This document shows positions 10,288 to 19,661 of a DNA stretch of 64,000 nucleotides, piece after piece. Position 1 is the stretch's first letter, and every line of letters begins with the position of its first letter. Under the pieces are notes generated by a model, which did not search any database, was not told the DNA's origin, and worked only from the letters and a program-made list of their open reading frames with translations. Position numbers and translations under genes: made by a program. The stretch comes from Acidobacteriaceae bacterium (GTDB taxonomy: Bacteria; Acidobacteriota; Terriglobia; Terriglobales; Acidobacteriaceae): positions 25,082-89,081 of the forward strand of contig JAPWKE010000001.1 of the NCBI GenBank assembly GCA_028283655.1, written 5' to 3'.

Positions 10288-12345
10288 TTAGGGGCGAACG
10301 CCGAAGTTGCCGACGGCGAGAGGAGCGTTCGTCGGAGCTGCAATGCCGAAAACCTGGACCACAGGGTATGTTGCGGTCGAGGAGGCATTGATCAGCCACG
10401 TAGCACCGGCTTGATCGATTGCCACTGAAGGCATCGAGGTCGCGGTGGTGGCGGTTGCCAGAACGGACGTGCCGCTCGCGTCGACGGGCATCAGGCCATC
10501 GCCAGAACCGCGGCTCGCGAGCGAACCCGTGGTGGCGAGGTACTTCATGGCAGTGCTGCTTGCATCGACGACGAAGAGTGAGGAGTAACCCGCGGTGCTG
10601 GCCGCGGGGACAAGGCCGTGGTTGACGCCGTCCATGGCGATTGTGCTGCCGTAGAGGTTTACCTGTGCGGTTGTTCCACCAGTTGCTGCGGTCGGAATCG
10701 GGAAGTAGAACTTCGTGGTGCAGCCGGAGGTATCAGCCGCTCCATAGCATACGCCGCCGTAGCCACCGCTCTGGCCGGAGAGGCCTGCGATGACATTCCA
10801 GATGCGGGCGGCGCTGCTATCGAAGGTTGTTCCGCCAGAACGGTAGTTGCTGGTTCCGGACGATACCGTAACAGCGCCGGTGTAGGGCGATGCAAAGTTG
10901 AAGTAAGACGAAACGCCCGTGCCGCCTGCAACAATGTTGCTCGTGCGCGGGTCTACGGCAAGGTACTTGGCGCCGTAGTTCGTTGTAGCCGTTGGGAACG
11001 TGCTTGTTCCGGCGTAGGTGGTGTCTGCCGTCGTCGTGCCTACGGGGATCCGACCGATGTAGCTGGTACCTGCTGTGGAGGCGTAGGTGCTGAACCAGAC
11101 GTTGTTGCTGGGGTCAATGCTTACGGCATAGGCTGCGTCCGAAACTGCGACTGCCGTTGCGGTGGCTGTCGTGATGGTCGCGGGAACGGCCACGCCTACC
11201 GTTGTCGAGGTGCTGGGGGTGTACTTCCAGATCTGTCCTGCGGTATCAGCCAGCCATACGTTGGCGGGAGAGGCGTTATCGATAGCGAGACCTGCACCTG
11301 CAGTACCCTGCAGCGCCGTGGTTCCCCAGCCGCCGTTGGGCGAGAGGAGAGCACCTGCGGGCGAGAGCTCTGCCAGAGCGGCGTAAGGCATGCCGCCGAC
11401 CCAGACGTTGCCGCTTGCATCGACCTTGACGTCGTTCGGCTCGTAAGCCGGGGTGGTGCCGTTGGTCTCATAGCCAACGCTGTACTGAATGGCAACGCTC
11501 ACGTCGTGAGGTGCGGCGCTCAGCGTCGGGGTATAGAAGTTCGTGTTGGCCGTCGCGTTGTTGAAGACGTTCGTGACGTTCAGCATCGGGTAGAGCGCCC
11601 ATTCGAGCGCGATCTGCCAGGTGTTGGCTGGCGTAATGGAGTTCGGGTAAGCGATGGCGACGCTCGTGCAGCCTGCCGTGCTCATGCCTGCCGAGTTGAC
11701 GCAGGCGGAAAGCGAGTTCCCCAGCGAGTTGATCAACGTGTTCGGAACGTGTCCGTTGCCGCCAGCGGTTGTTGTATTCGCTGCCGTGCCTTGCATCGGA
11801 ACCAGAGCCAGTGCGTTCTGCATGGCGTTCTGCAGGCCCAGAGCGTTGGTGCTCGATGTGCCAATGTTGACCGAAGAGCCGTCTACTGTTGCAAAGCCGG
11901 AAAGTGCTTCCGCAGCTGCGATGGTCGAGATCTCGTCAATGACGACCGTTGTGCTGGAGGTGATGCTGGAGCAGGTGCCGAGTGCTTCCACGAGAATGTT
12001 GGTGGGAACGACGCTTCCCAGACCGGGATCGCCACCCTGCGCGACCATGTAGAGCTGGTCGGGGTCGGTGCAGGTGGTGCTGTTGCGGGTGATCGAAAAG
12101 TTGCCACCACTGTCCGTGGTCGCTGTTCCAAGCACGGTCGGTGCGCTGCCGTAGCCCGTGGTGCCGGCCTTGTAGAGGGTGATGGCCGCACCGGAGATCG
12201 GCTGGTGGCCGCCCATGGCCTTACCCTGTACTGCTGCAACGAGTTGGGAAGGGGACGTGGCAGTACCCTGCAGGCCGCAGCCGGTAAGCAGAGCGAGAGT
12301 GCCGACGGAGGAGAGAGCTGCAGCGAAGCGAAGTGTTCGTGTCAT
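10288..12345 (-). CDS. lipoprotein with beta-propeller (NHL-like) repeats, paralog of 2810..5002
   Basis: MTRTLRFAAALSSVGTLALLTGC contains a lipobox. The N-terminal module GGHQPISGAAITLYKAGTTGYGSA..GGNFSIT..GGDPGLG matches the same module in 2810..5002. GNVWVGG and NNVWFSTY blades are present. Confidence 0.85.
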   Translation of the reverse strand: MTRTLRFAAALSSVGTLALLTGCGLQGTATSPSQLVAAVQGKAMGGHQPISGAAITLYKAGTTGYGSAPTVLGTATTDSGGNFSITRNSTTCTDPDQLYMVAQGGDPGLGSVVPTNILVEALGTCSSITSSTTVVIDEISTIAAAEALSGFATVDGSSVNIGTSSTNALGLQNAMQNALALVPMQGTAANTTTAGGNGHVPNTLINSLGNSLSACVNSAGMSTAGCTSVAIAYPNSITPANTWQIALEWALYPMLNVTNVFNNATANTNFYTPTLSAAPHDVSVAIQYSVGYETNGTTPAYEPNDVKVDASGNVWVGGMPYAALAELSPAGALLSPNGGWGTTALQGTAGAGLAIDNASPANVWLADTAGQIWKYTPSTSTTVGVAVPATITTATATAVAVSDAAYAVSIDPSNNVWFSTYASTAGTSYIGRIPVGTTTADTTYAGTSTFPTATTNYGAKYLAVDPRTSNIVAGGTGVSSYFNFASPYTGAVTVSSGTSNYRSGGTTFDSSAARIWNVIAGLSGQSGGYGGVCYGAADTSGCTTKFYFPIPTAATGGTTAQVNLYGSTIAMDGVNHGLVPAASTAGYSSLFVVDASSTAMKYLATTGSLASRGSGDGLMPVDASGTSVLATATTATSMPSVAIDQAGATWLINASSTATYPVVQVFGIAAPTNAPLAVGNFGVRP

Positions 12346-12657
12346 TCGATCCCTTTGGTGGGCCTGGGAGGCCTATTTCTATGGTATTTAGTATCCAGAG
12401 TACTTGTATTTATCGGACATTTACGTAATTTTGAGCGTTTCTGGGCGCTAAACGAACGTGTTGCGCTGCTGGTTTTGAGGATATGAAGTCTAATTGTTCG
12501 GCCGCCTCGTCCTAACCTACCGGGGATGTGGTCTTTATCCACAGAGACGCCGCAAGCATGCACTGGGCAAGATTTCGTACCTTGGAAGTGACTGGGGTGG
12601 TTCAACGCTGCGTTTGAGCCAGTGGAACCGCGCCGGTGTAGTTTTCGTTCCCAAGGG

Positions 12658-14064
12658 ATGGACCAGATGGCTGCGTCTTCACAATTCGATCTCGGAGCCA
12701 CGAACCTTCCTACCGCAGTTCATGCGGAGGTCGCGATTCTTGGTTCCATGCTTCTTGATCCTGTCGCGATTGTCGATGCGACGGCACGTCTGCGTTCGGA
12801 AGATTTTTCGCTCGACTCGCATCAGCGGATCTACCGCGCGATCATGGAGCTCATTGCCGCGAGCCATGCGGTTGACTACGTCACCGTGATCGACCAGCTC
12901 AGCAAGCGCGGCGAGCTGGATGCGATTGGCGGGCGAGAGTATCTCTTCTACCTGACGGAAGGCGTGCCGCGTGGCATGAACGTCGAGAGCTATGTACGCA
13001 TTGTGCGGGACAAGAGCCTGCTGCGCCAGCTTATGGGCATCTTCACCGAAGGCCTTGCGGCTGCGGCGGACCATGACGACGATGCGACCAAGGTACTGAA
13101 CGATGTAGAAGTGCGGCTTGCGGAAGTCGCGGATTCAGCGATTCAACGCGGCTTTTCGAACATCCCGGATATTGTGGCGCAGAGCTTTGGCTCGATCGAC
13201 GCACTGTATGAGCAGGGCAAGGAAGTCAGCGGGCTGGCGACGCATTACGTCGAGTTCGACAAGATGACTTCGGGTCTGCAGCCGAGCGAAATGATCATCA
13301 TTGCGGCGCGTCCTTCGATGGGCAAGACGGCTTGGGCGATCAACATCGGACAGAACTGCGCGGTGCGGGACAACAAGGTCGTGGCGATCTTCTCGCTGGA
13401 AATGTCGAAGGAGTCACTGCTGCGTCGTATGCTCGCGTCGGAGGCGATGGTGGGTTCACGCAAGCTGCAGACGGGCTTTATTCCGCGCGAAGATAAAGGC
13501 AAGCTGGTGGCGGCGCTCGATAGGCTGATGAACTCGCGGCTTTATATCGACGACACGCCGGGCATTACGCTGGCGGAGATGCGGGCGAAGTGCCGTCGTC
13601 TGCTGCAGACCGAAGGCCAGCTTGATCTGATCGTTATCGACTACCTGCAGTTGATGACGGGCTCGGCGGGGCCGGGCAAGAAGGGTATTGAAAGCCGCAC
13701 GCAGGAAGTGGCGTCGATCTCGCGTGGCATCAAGGCGCTGGCGAAGGAACTTCGGCTGCCGATCATTGCGCTCTCACAGCTTTCGCGTAACTCGGAGCAG
13801 CGTACGGGCGATAAGAAGCCGCTGCTCTCGGATCTTCGTGAGTCGGGCTCGATCGAGCAGGATGCTGACGTGGTCGCGTTCATTCATCGCGAGGAGTACT
13901 ACGACCGCGAAAACGAAGATGTGAAGGGCAAGGCCGAGATCATCATCGCGAAGCAACGTAACGGTCCGACGGGGTCGATACAGATGGCGTATCTTTCGGA
14001 CTTTACGCGCTTTGAAAACCTCGCCACGGATGAAGGCGGCGGTGGCGGCGGGGACGCGTACTAG
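12658..14064 (+). CDS. dnaB: replicative DNA helicase DnaB
   Basis: AEVAILGSMLLDP, Walker A ARPSMGKTA, IDYLQLM, LSQLSR and ESGSIEQDADVV are present. The start is taken at ATG 12658 inside track ORF 12622..14064. Confidence 0.95.
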   Translation: MDQMAASSQFDLGATNLPTAVHAEVAILGSMLLDPVAIVDATARLRSEDFSLDSHQRIYRAIMELIAASHAVDYVTVIDQLSKRGELDAIGGREYLFYLTEGVPRGMNVESYVRIVRDKSLLRQLMGIFTEGLAAAADHDDDATKVLNDVEVRLAEVADSAIQRGFSNIPDIVAQSFGSIDALYEQGKEVSGLATHYVEFDKMTSGLQPSEMIIIAARPSMGKTAWAINIGQNCAVRDNKVVAIFSLEMSKESLLRRMLASEAMVGSRKLQTGFIPREDKGKLVAALDRLMNSRLYIDDTPGITLAEMRAKCRRLLQTEGQLDLIVIDYLQLMTGSAGPGKKGIESRTQEVASISRGIKALAKELRLPIIALSQLSRNSEQRTGDKKPLLSDLRESGSIEQDADVVAFIHREEYYDRENEDVKGKAEIIIAKQRNGPTGSIQMAYLSDFTRFENLATDEGGGGGGDAY

Positions 14065-14087
14065 AGAACGATGAAAAACTTGCTCCT

Positions 14088-14126
14088 GACATCCTCCTGA
14101 CAGTACGTTGTCAGGAGGATGTCTTT
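14088..14126 (+). terminator. rho-independent terminator after dnaB
   Basis: Perfect 15-bp inverted repeat GACATCCTCCTGACA / TGTCAGGAGGATGTC with a 6-nt loop, followed by TTT. Confidence 0.75.
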
Positions 14127-14163
14127 ATGGTGGCTCCTGTAGTCACCGCAAAGGAGCCGCTCC

Positions 14164-14544
14164 ATGAGCCTGTTTGATGGCAACGCCTGTACCTGGTTTG
14201 AGATTCCTACCGTCGATTTTGACCGAGCCACCGAGTTCTACGAGACGGTGCTGGATATGTCCTTGCGCGTTTTGCCGGGCGCGTATGCCTGCAGCATGTT
14301 TCCAAATGTTGCAGGACGTGTGGGCGGATGCCTTGTCTCGCGCCCGCATGCGAAGCCTTCGGCGAATGGCACGACCGTGTTTCTTAACGTCGATGGCAAG
14401 CTGGATGCGTGCGTCAAGCGTGCGGAGAAGCTGGGCTCGACGATTACTGTTCCACGCACACAGGTTCCTGGGAACAAGAGTTACTTTGCCTGCCTCATTG
14501 ATTCGGAAGGCAATCAAATTGGTCTGCACAGCATGGAGTTTTAG
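14164..14544 (+). CDS. VOC (glyoxalase/bleomycin-resistance fold) family protein
   Basis: WFEIPTVDFDRATEFYETVL...GNKSYFACLIDSEGNQIGLHS. AAGGAG lies upstream. Confidence 0.85.
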   Translation: MSLFDGNACTWFEIPTVDFDRATEFYETVLDMSLRVLPGAYACSMFPNVAGRVGGCLVSRPHAKPSANGTTVFLNVDGKLDACVKRAEKLGSTITVPRTQVPGNKSYFACLIDSEGNQIGLHSMEF

Positions 14545-14565
14545 GATGGCTTTCGGGGTCTGCCA

Positions 14566-15306
14566 GTGAGGCGCGCTGATCGGCTGTTCCAGATAGTGCA
14601 GATGCTGCACTCTGGAAGGCTGAAGACGGCGCGCGTGTTGGCGGAGCGTCTGCAGGTTTCGGAGCGGACGATCTATCGCGATGTGCGCGATCTGCAGCTT
14701 GCAGGGCAGCCGATTGAAGGCGAAGCCGGCGTGGGGTATACGCTGCGACGCCAGTTGGAGATGCCTCCGCTGATGTTCACCGTGGAAGAGCTTACGTCGA
14801 TTGTGCTGGGGGCGAGGCTGGTGCAGGCGTGGGGCGGGGAGGAATCGTTCGAAGCGGTGAACAGTGCGCTGGCGCGCATTGAGGCCGTGCTTCCTCCGCA
14901 TCTCACCGCAGAGTTGAGTTCGATTGTGCTCTATGCGCCGCCGTACTCGATGAAGCGGGAGTATCGGAAGCGGCTGGACCAGTTGCACCATGCATGCCGT
15001 TCAAAGAACGTGATCGAGTTTGAGTATGTGCGGCTGGGTGAAGAGGCGAGTCGGAAGGAAAGCCGCAGTGTGTGGCCGCTGGCTCTGGCGTTCTGGGGCG
15101 GGGTATGGACGCTGGGCGCGTGGTGTGAGACACGCAAGGAGTTTCGGTCCTTTCGCATGGACCGCATGAGTGCAGTCGTGACGCTGCCGAGAGAGTTTAA
15201 TCCGAAACGAGGTCAACGCCTCGAAGACTTTGTTCGGCAGGTGCAGGCCGAAGCAAAGCCTTCGAAGGTCGTATCTCGCAAGATTCTGAAGAACTACGAA
15301 GAGTAG
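14566..15306 (+). CDS. YafY-family transcriptional regulator (HTH + WYL)
   Basis: RADRLFQIVQMLHSGRLKTARVLAERLQVSERTIYRDVRDLQLAGQPIEGEAGVGY. The C-terminal part is WYL-like (WTLGAWCETRKEFRSFRMDRM). GTG start. Confidence 0.88.
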   Translation: MRRADRLFQIVQMLHSGRLKTARVLAERLQVSERTIYRDVRDLQLAGQPIEGEAGVGYTLRRQLEMPPLMFTVEELTSIVLGARLVQAWGGEESFEAVNSALARIEAVLPPHLTAELSSIVLYAPPYSMKREYRKRLDQLHHACRSKNVIEFEYVRLGEEASRKESRSVWPLALAFWGGVWTLGAWCETRKEFRSFRMDRMSAVVTLPREFNPKRGQRLEDFVRQVQAEAKPSKVVSRKILKNYEE

Positions 15307-15323
15307 CTGCAACGCGGGAAGCG

Positions 15324-17120
15324 TTACAGCGTTTCTCCGGGCTGTTGCTTCGGGTTGACCTTGTGTTCGTCGTTGCGACCGGTGGGGTGCTTGGCGAGCG
15401 CGGCGAGAAGGTCTTTGTCGTAGCCGTAGATGTCTTTGAAGAAGTGCACGGTGCCGTCTTCATCCGCGTTTGCGGTCAGGTAGGTGATGCTGACGGGGAG
15501 CAACGTCTTCAGGTTGACGGTCTTGTTGTTGTTGTCGCCGAACATGGCGTCGTGGACCTTGTCGGCGTCCCAGTTGCCTTGTCCGTCGAGCACCCAGTTG
15601 GCCATCTTCTCGGCATCGTTGAGGCGGATGCAGCCGTGGGATTTGTCGCGGCGCGTCATGCTGAAGTACTGCATCTCGGGCGTGGAGTGCATGTAGATGT
15701 CGTACTCGTTGGGGAACATGAACTTCACCAGACCGAGTGAATTTTTCGGGCCTGGCTTCTGGCGAACGACGTAGCGGCCGTGCTCGATATCGCTGGCGGA
15801 GAAGCCGGAGGCGGGCTGTCCGCTGGCTGTCACGACTTCGTAGTCATGGCTGGCGAGGTAGCCCACGCCGCTGGCGTTGATGTGCCGCATCAGCTCTTTC
15901 TTGATGATCGAGGTAGGCAGGTTCCAGTAGGGGCGGAAGGTGACGTAGCGCATGGAGCGCACGAACATTGGCGTGTCGTGGTTGCCTTCGGCTTTGCCGA
16001 CGACGACGCGCATCTTGAAGGCCAGCGTGTTGTCTGCGTTGTAGGTGCGGACGACGAACTCGGGCAGGTTGACGAGCACGCGCGGGTTGACGAAATTGTC
16101 TGGCAGCCAGCGCCAGCGTTCGAGCGACAGATCCAACTGCTGGACGCGCTGCGAGAGTGGAACGTTCAGGGCTTCGATGGTCAGCGGGGTGAGCTTGCCG
16201 TCGGGGGTGAGTCCGTGGCGCTCCTGGTAGTGCTTGACGGCCTCGCTCATCTCGCGCGAGTAGACACGCGTCTGCGGCAGGTCGGCCGGAGCGTCGCCTT
16301 CGGCCTGCAGCTTGAGGCGCAGGGGTTCGAGCGCGGCGTAGCTGCCCCCGACGCTGACGTCGTGGCTGACAGCAGGCAGAGGTTCTTCCGTGGCCTGTTG
16401 TTTTGCCGCAGCGAGGTACTGCACCAGAGCGTGTTCGGTGGCGGCGTACATGGCGTTGTGCGGTTCGACGGTGCCGACCACGGTGGGAACGTCGTCGGCG
16501 TCGACGACCTGGTCGTTCAGGAACTGGGCGAGTTGGAACTCGGCGCGCTTGGCGGGGACGTCGATGTCGAAGTTCAGGGTCTGGGGGTTGACGCGGCCGG
16601 AGTGCAGGTCGCTGACGAAGCGCATGGAGGAGATCGTCATGGCGGCGTCAAATTGCGCGATCACGGTCTGCGCGTTTTCGTCGGTCTGCTTCTTCTTGCG
16701 GATGTCTTCGATGCGTGCGACGCGGGCGGCCCAGCGGCTGGCGTCGTAGTCGTCGGGGTTCAGGCCCTTTTCGTCGGCGTGCGTGAAGAGGGTGATAAGC
16801 GCGGTGGCGGCGGCGGTGGGTTTGCCGTCGCGGGTCCAGGCGAGCTCGAAGTTACGGTCGTCGTAGAACTGCTGCACCTGGGGCTGGAAGTCGGAGTAGT
16901 TGGCCCACTGCATGATGGCGAGGTGGGGCGACTGGACGACCTGCTCGACGTTGTCGGCAAACTCGGCGGAGTTGGGTGGGGACTTGGCCTTGCGCTTGTG
17001 GAACCAGGAAGCGACGGTGCGGCGGCTGCTCTTGCAGCCTTCTGTCGGGAGCAAGATCGCGCTCACGAGCACCGCGCTGAGCAGCACGGGAACAACGGTC
17101 GACGAACGAAAGAGCTTCAC
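15324..17120 (-). CDS. L,D-transpeptidase (YcbB-like) with PG-binding domain
   Basis: YkuD catalytic motif HSTPEMQYFSMTRRDKSHGCIRL. PG-binding-like VKHYQERHGLTPDGKLTPLTIEALN. N-terminal signal/anchor. Confidence 0.9.
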   Translation of the reverse strand: MKLFRSSTVVPVLLSAVLVSAILLPTEGCKSSRRTVASWFHKRKAKSPPNSAEFADNVEQVVQSPHLAIMQWANYSDFQPQVQQFYDDRNFELAWTRDGKPTAAATALITLFTHADEKGLNPDDYDASRWAARVARIEDIRKKKQTDENAQTVIAQFDAAMTISSMRFVSDLHSGRVNPQTLNFDIDVPAKRAEFQLAQFLNDQVVDADDVPTVVGTVEPHNAMYAATEHALVQYLAAAKQQATEEPLPAVSHDVSVGGSYAALEPLRLKLQAEGDAPADLPQTRVYSREMSEAVKHYQERHGLTPDGKLTPLTIEALNVPLSQRVQQLDLSLERWRWLPDNFVNPRVLVNLPEFVVRTYNADNTLAFKMRVVVGKAEGNHDTPMFVRSMRYVTFRPYWNLPTSIIKKELMRHINASGVGYLASHDYEVVTASGQPASGFSASDIEHGRYVVRQKPGPKNSLGLVKFMFPNEYDIYMHSTPEMQYFSMTRRDKSHGCIRLNDAEKMANWVLDGQGNWDADKVHDAMFGDNNNKTVNLKTLLPVSITYLTANADEDGTVHFFKDIYGYDKDLLAALAKHPTGRNDEHKVNPKQQPGETL

Positions 17121-17258
17121 GGGTTCAAGGGCCTCAGCAGGGATGATCTCACCACTAGGATGCAGAAAATCGCTGAGGCGATGAAATGGGGAAATCGCCC
17201 GGTAACCGCTCGTGGTTCGTGAGGGGCCGGGCGACTTCGATTTTGCTTCTGGATTTGT

Positions 17259-18461
17259 TTAGTGGAGCCAGCCGCCGAGTGTGATGATGCACAGCGCTGC
17301 CTGCGTGAGGACGGTGGCAGAGCCCAGCAGGACGTACGTTTTGCGGTAACGGCTCTCCAGTGCGTCGGCAAAGACTCCACCGATGAACGAGACGAGGAAG
17401 GGCACTGCCCAGAGCCACGGCGCTGTGGTGACCTGCGTTGTGTAGATCAGCATGAGAACAACTGCGCAGAGGAGCGGGGCGGTGTTGCCGAAGTAGCGCG
17501 AGCGTTTTGTCGTGACGTAAAGCAGCACGGAGACCAGCAGCGCGATGGAGATGCCCGCGTTTTCAGGCTGGAGCAGGAAGTGCTTTGCCGCTATGGTTCC
17601 GATCGAGAAACGCGCGCTTCCGCCGGTGAAGAGGTACTGGAACGCCGAGAGGCGGAAGCCGAAGACGGCAAACAGTACGACCAGCGAGCCGAACGCCGAG
17701 TAGAACATAATCGGGGCGACGTACGACCTTCTCCGCTCGGCCACGTAGAAGAAGAAGCCAGCGCCCAGCACCCAGCCGATCAGGCCTGCGAGGGTATGTG
17801 CGGAGGCCGTAAGGCCCAGCGCGACCGTCAGCAGAAGGATGCGCGGACGCCATTTGCTGCGCGGTCCCTGCAGGGCATGGGCCACGCCGATCGCGGTGTA
17901 GATGAGGCCATAAAGGCCCCAGAGTGCGAGGATTTCGTTCGAAGGACGGGTGGCGTACTGGATGACGCTGGGGCAGAAGACGTAGAGAGCCAGCGCGAGA
18001 GCGCCGCCCTCGTTGCCGAAGAGTCGGCGGCAGACCCACCAGACGCCTCCCCCGGCCCAGAGCGCGAAGAAGACGAAGGGCAGCCGCAGCAGCCACTTCA
18101 CGCCGCTCAACTGATGGCGCGCCTCCCAGATGGTTCCGTTCAGGGTTTTGCCGGGGTAGAGCTTGTTCTCGGGCTTGCGGAAGTGGTCGGCGGTGAGCAA
18201 CACCGCGCGCTCCAGACTCAACGGCAGAGCTGCCAGTCGATAGCCGAGGAAGCCGTCGCCGTTCAAGTTGCCGCAAGTGGTGAAGTAGCCGGAGATAGCC
18301 GAGGGCTGTTCCCACATTTCACGACCGCAGCGGGCAAAACGGTAATCTTCTGCGCCGAGTGGCTGCCGCGCGATGGTCCACACGCACAGCCCGAGCATCA
18401 GCAGCAATAACGCACCTGCCACCTGTTGTGGCCGGGCCAGGGTAAAGCCTCGCAGTTTCAT
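17259..18461 (-). CDS. polytopic membrane protein of unknown function (possibly GT-C-like)
   Basis: The 400-aa ORF has about 10 hydrophobic segments. The codon bias looks coding. I recognise no specific family motif. Confidence 0.7.
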   Translation of the reverse strand: MKLRGFTLARPQQVAGALLLLMLGLCVWTIARQPLGAEDYRFARCGREMWEQPSAISGYFTTCGNLNGDGFLGYRLAALPLSLERAVLLTADHFRKPENKLYPGKTLNGTIWEARHQLSGVKWLLRLPFVFFALWAGGGVWWVCRRLFGNEGGALALALYVFCPSVIQYATRPSNEILALWGLYGLIYTAIGVAHALQGPRSKWRPRILLLTVALGLTASAHTLAGLIGWVLGAGFFFYVAERRRSYVAPIMFYSAFGSLVVLFAVFGFRLSAFQYLFTGGSARFSIGTIAAKHFLLQPENAGISIALLVSVLLYVTTKRSRYFGNTAPLLCAVVLMLIYTTQVTTAPWLWAVPFLVSFIGGVFADALESRYRKTYVLLGSATVLTQAALCIITLGGWLH

Positions 18462-18510
18462 TGTCAGTTATAGAGTTTACAGACCGTGTCCCTTGTACTC
18501 TAGAGGCTGT

Positions 18511-18933
18511 ATGGACTCACTCACTTTCAAGCCGGGCCGCGCCCTGTTCCTGTCTCAATCGCTGAATGGCCGCTGGGCTGTGGTCTTCGAGGACGAAGGT
18601 CCCGCAGGCTACTGCTACGCCTGCGACCGTACGTTGGGCGAAGACGAAGAGGGCATCATCGACGCGATGCTGATTTACAACGGAAGCTCGCTGGAAGATC
18701 GCGAGAAAGAGCGCATTACGAGCGTCCAGTGGTCGCGGGATGGGCTGCGGGCGGTGCTTTATCTCGATGGCACGGCGCAGGCGTACCTGGACTTCGCTCA
18801 GGGGCAAAGCTGCTGCCGTACGGACTTTCCGAACTTTCTGGATGCCTCGGACAATAACCGCTGGCGGCGGTCCAGCCATATTTGGGATGGCTCGCTGATC
18901 GAGCGCTTTGAGGCGGAGTTGTATACGAACTAA
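18511..18933 (+). CDS. DUF2251-like protein
   Basis: MDSLTFKPGRALFLSQSLNGRWAVVFEDEGPAGYCYACD...VQWSRDGLRAVLYLDG. Trimmed from track ORF 18373. The family name is recalled from memory. Confidence 0.7.
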   Translation: MDSLTFKPGRALFLSQSLNGRWAVVFEDEGPAGYCYACDRTLGEDEEGIIDAMLIYNGSSLEDREKERITSVQWSRDGLRAVLYLDGTAQAYLDFAQGQSCCRTDFPNFLDASDNNRWRRSSHIWDGSLIERFEAELYTN

Positions 18934-18944
18934 GCAAACGCACG

Positions 18945-18990
18945 AAAAGCAAGAAAGGGGCGGCCATATGGCTGCCCCTTTCTTGCTTTT
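18945..18990. terminator. bidirectional terminator hairpin
   Basis: AAAAGCAAGAAAGGGGC pairs with GCCCCTTTCTTGCTTTT, with A/T runs on both sides. Confidence 0.75.
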
Positions 18991-19031
18991 CAGATCTTTA
19001 TGGGCCCGCGCGTTTCGCTGCAGGGAGGTGT

Positions 19032-19136
19032 TTAGGCTTCGAACTCTTCTTCTGCCGTGTCCTGTGCGCGCGTTGCAACGAGGCAAGGGGTGAGGAGGAT
19101 CAGCAGGAAAGCTCCGATAACGAGAATCGTATGCAT
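19032..19136 (-). CDS. 34-aa hydrophobic micro-protein MHTILVIGAFLLILLTPCLVATRAQDTAEEEFEA
   Basis: The minus strand carries AAGGAG 9 nt before ATG 19136. The peptide has a single TM-like helix and an acidic tail. It ends 41 nt before the bidirectional terminator. It is not in the ORF track. Confidence 0.35.
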   Translation of the reverse strand: MHTILVIGAFLLILLTPCLVATRAQDTAEEEFEA

Positions 19137-19359
19137 GGGGGAAATCTCCTTGAAGGCTGTTCGGTCTGCCTGAGAATGGTCTTAGTGTCTCCCTTCGGCG
19201 CTCTTCGGGATACTACGAAAACGTGTCGCGCGTTGACACATTTGGGGCAGGAGATGCCCGGTAAGTTGTAGTTTTGAGGGTTTGCGGGAGGTTTGTTCGC
19301 AAATGACGAAAGCCAGCGAGTAATCGCTGGCTGCATTGCTGCTGAATCATCTCTATGTT

Positions 19360-19446
19360 TGGTGCCGAAGAAAGGACTCGAACCTTCACACCCTTGCGAG
19401 TACATGGACCTGAACCATGCGCGTCTGCCAATTCCGCCACTTCGGC
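19360..19446 (-). tRNA. tRNA-Leu (anticodon CAG)
   Basis: Reverse complement is GCCGAAGTGGCGGAATTGGCAGACGCGCATGGTTCAGGTCCATG...GAAGGTTCGAGTCCTTTCTTCGGCACCA (87 nt). It folds as a cloverleaf with a long variable arm, anticodon loop TTCAGGT and an encoded CCA. Confidence 0.95.
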
Positions 19447-19661
19447 TCACTACTACCAGCCGGCGCGGGCGCCACTGTTCTCGTGAGTTCTTAGTGTCTC
19501 AGGCCTTGGCCGTGCTGTCAATTTTTCGGTCGTCTGATTACACTCGAATCCAACCGTGCACTGGCCTCGTCTCTGCCAGTGACGCATGTTCTGCATCCAG
19601 AGCCGTTATCCGCACGTCTGTAGCACTTAGGTCACACTGTTTTTTGAAGGAGCCGTAGTCC

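Noticed and set aside
10618-12486. 622-aa plus-strand ORF
   Set aside because: It is antisense to the lipoprotein paralog and is a Gly/Arg/Cys-rich low-complexity translation.
15780-18410. 480-aa and 382-aa plus-strand ORFs (15780..17222 and 17262..18410)
   Set aside because: They are antisense to the L,D-transpeptidase and the polytopic membrane protein, with a Gly/Val/Asp-rich shadow composition.
19100-19450. 116-aa minus-strand ORF overlapping the tRNA
   Set aside because: It reads through the tRNA-Leu gene, and the tRNA fold is unambiguous.
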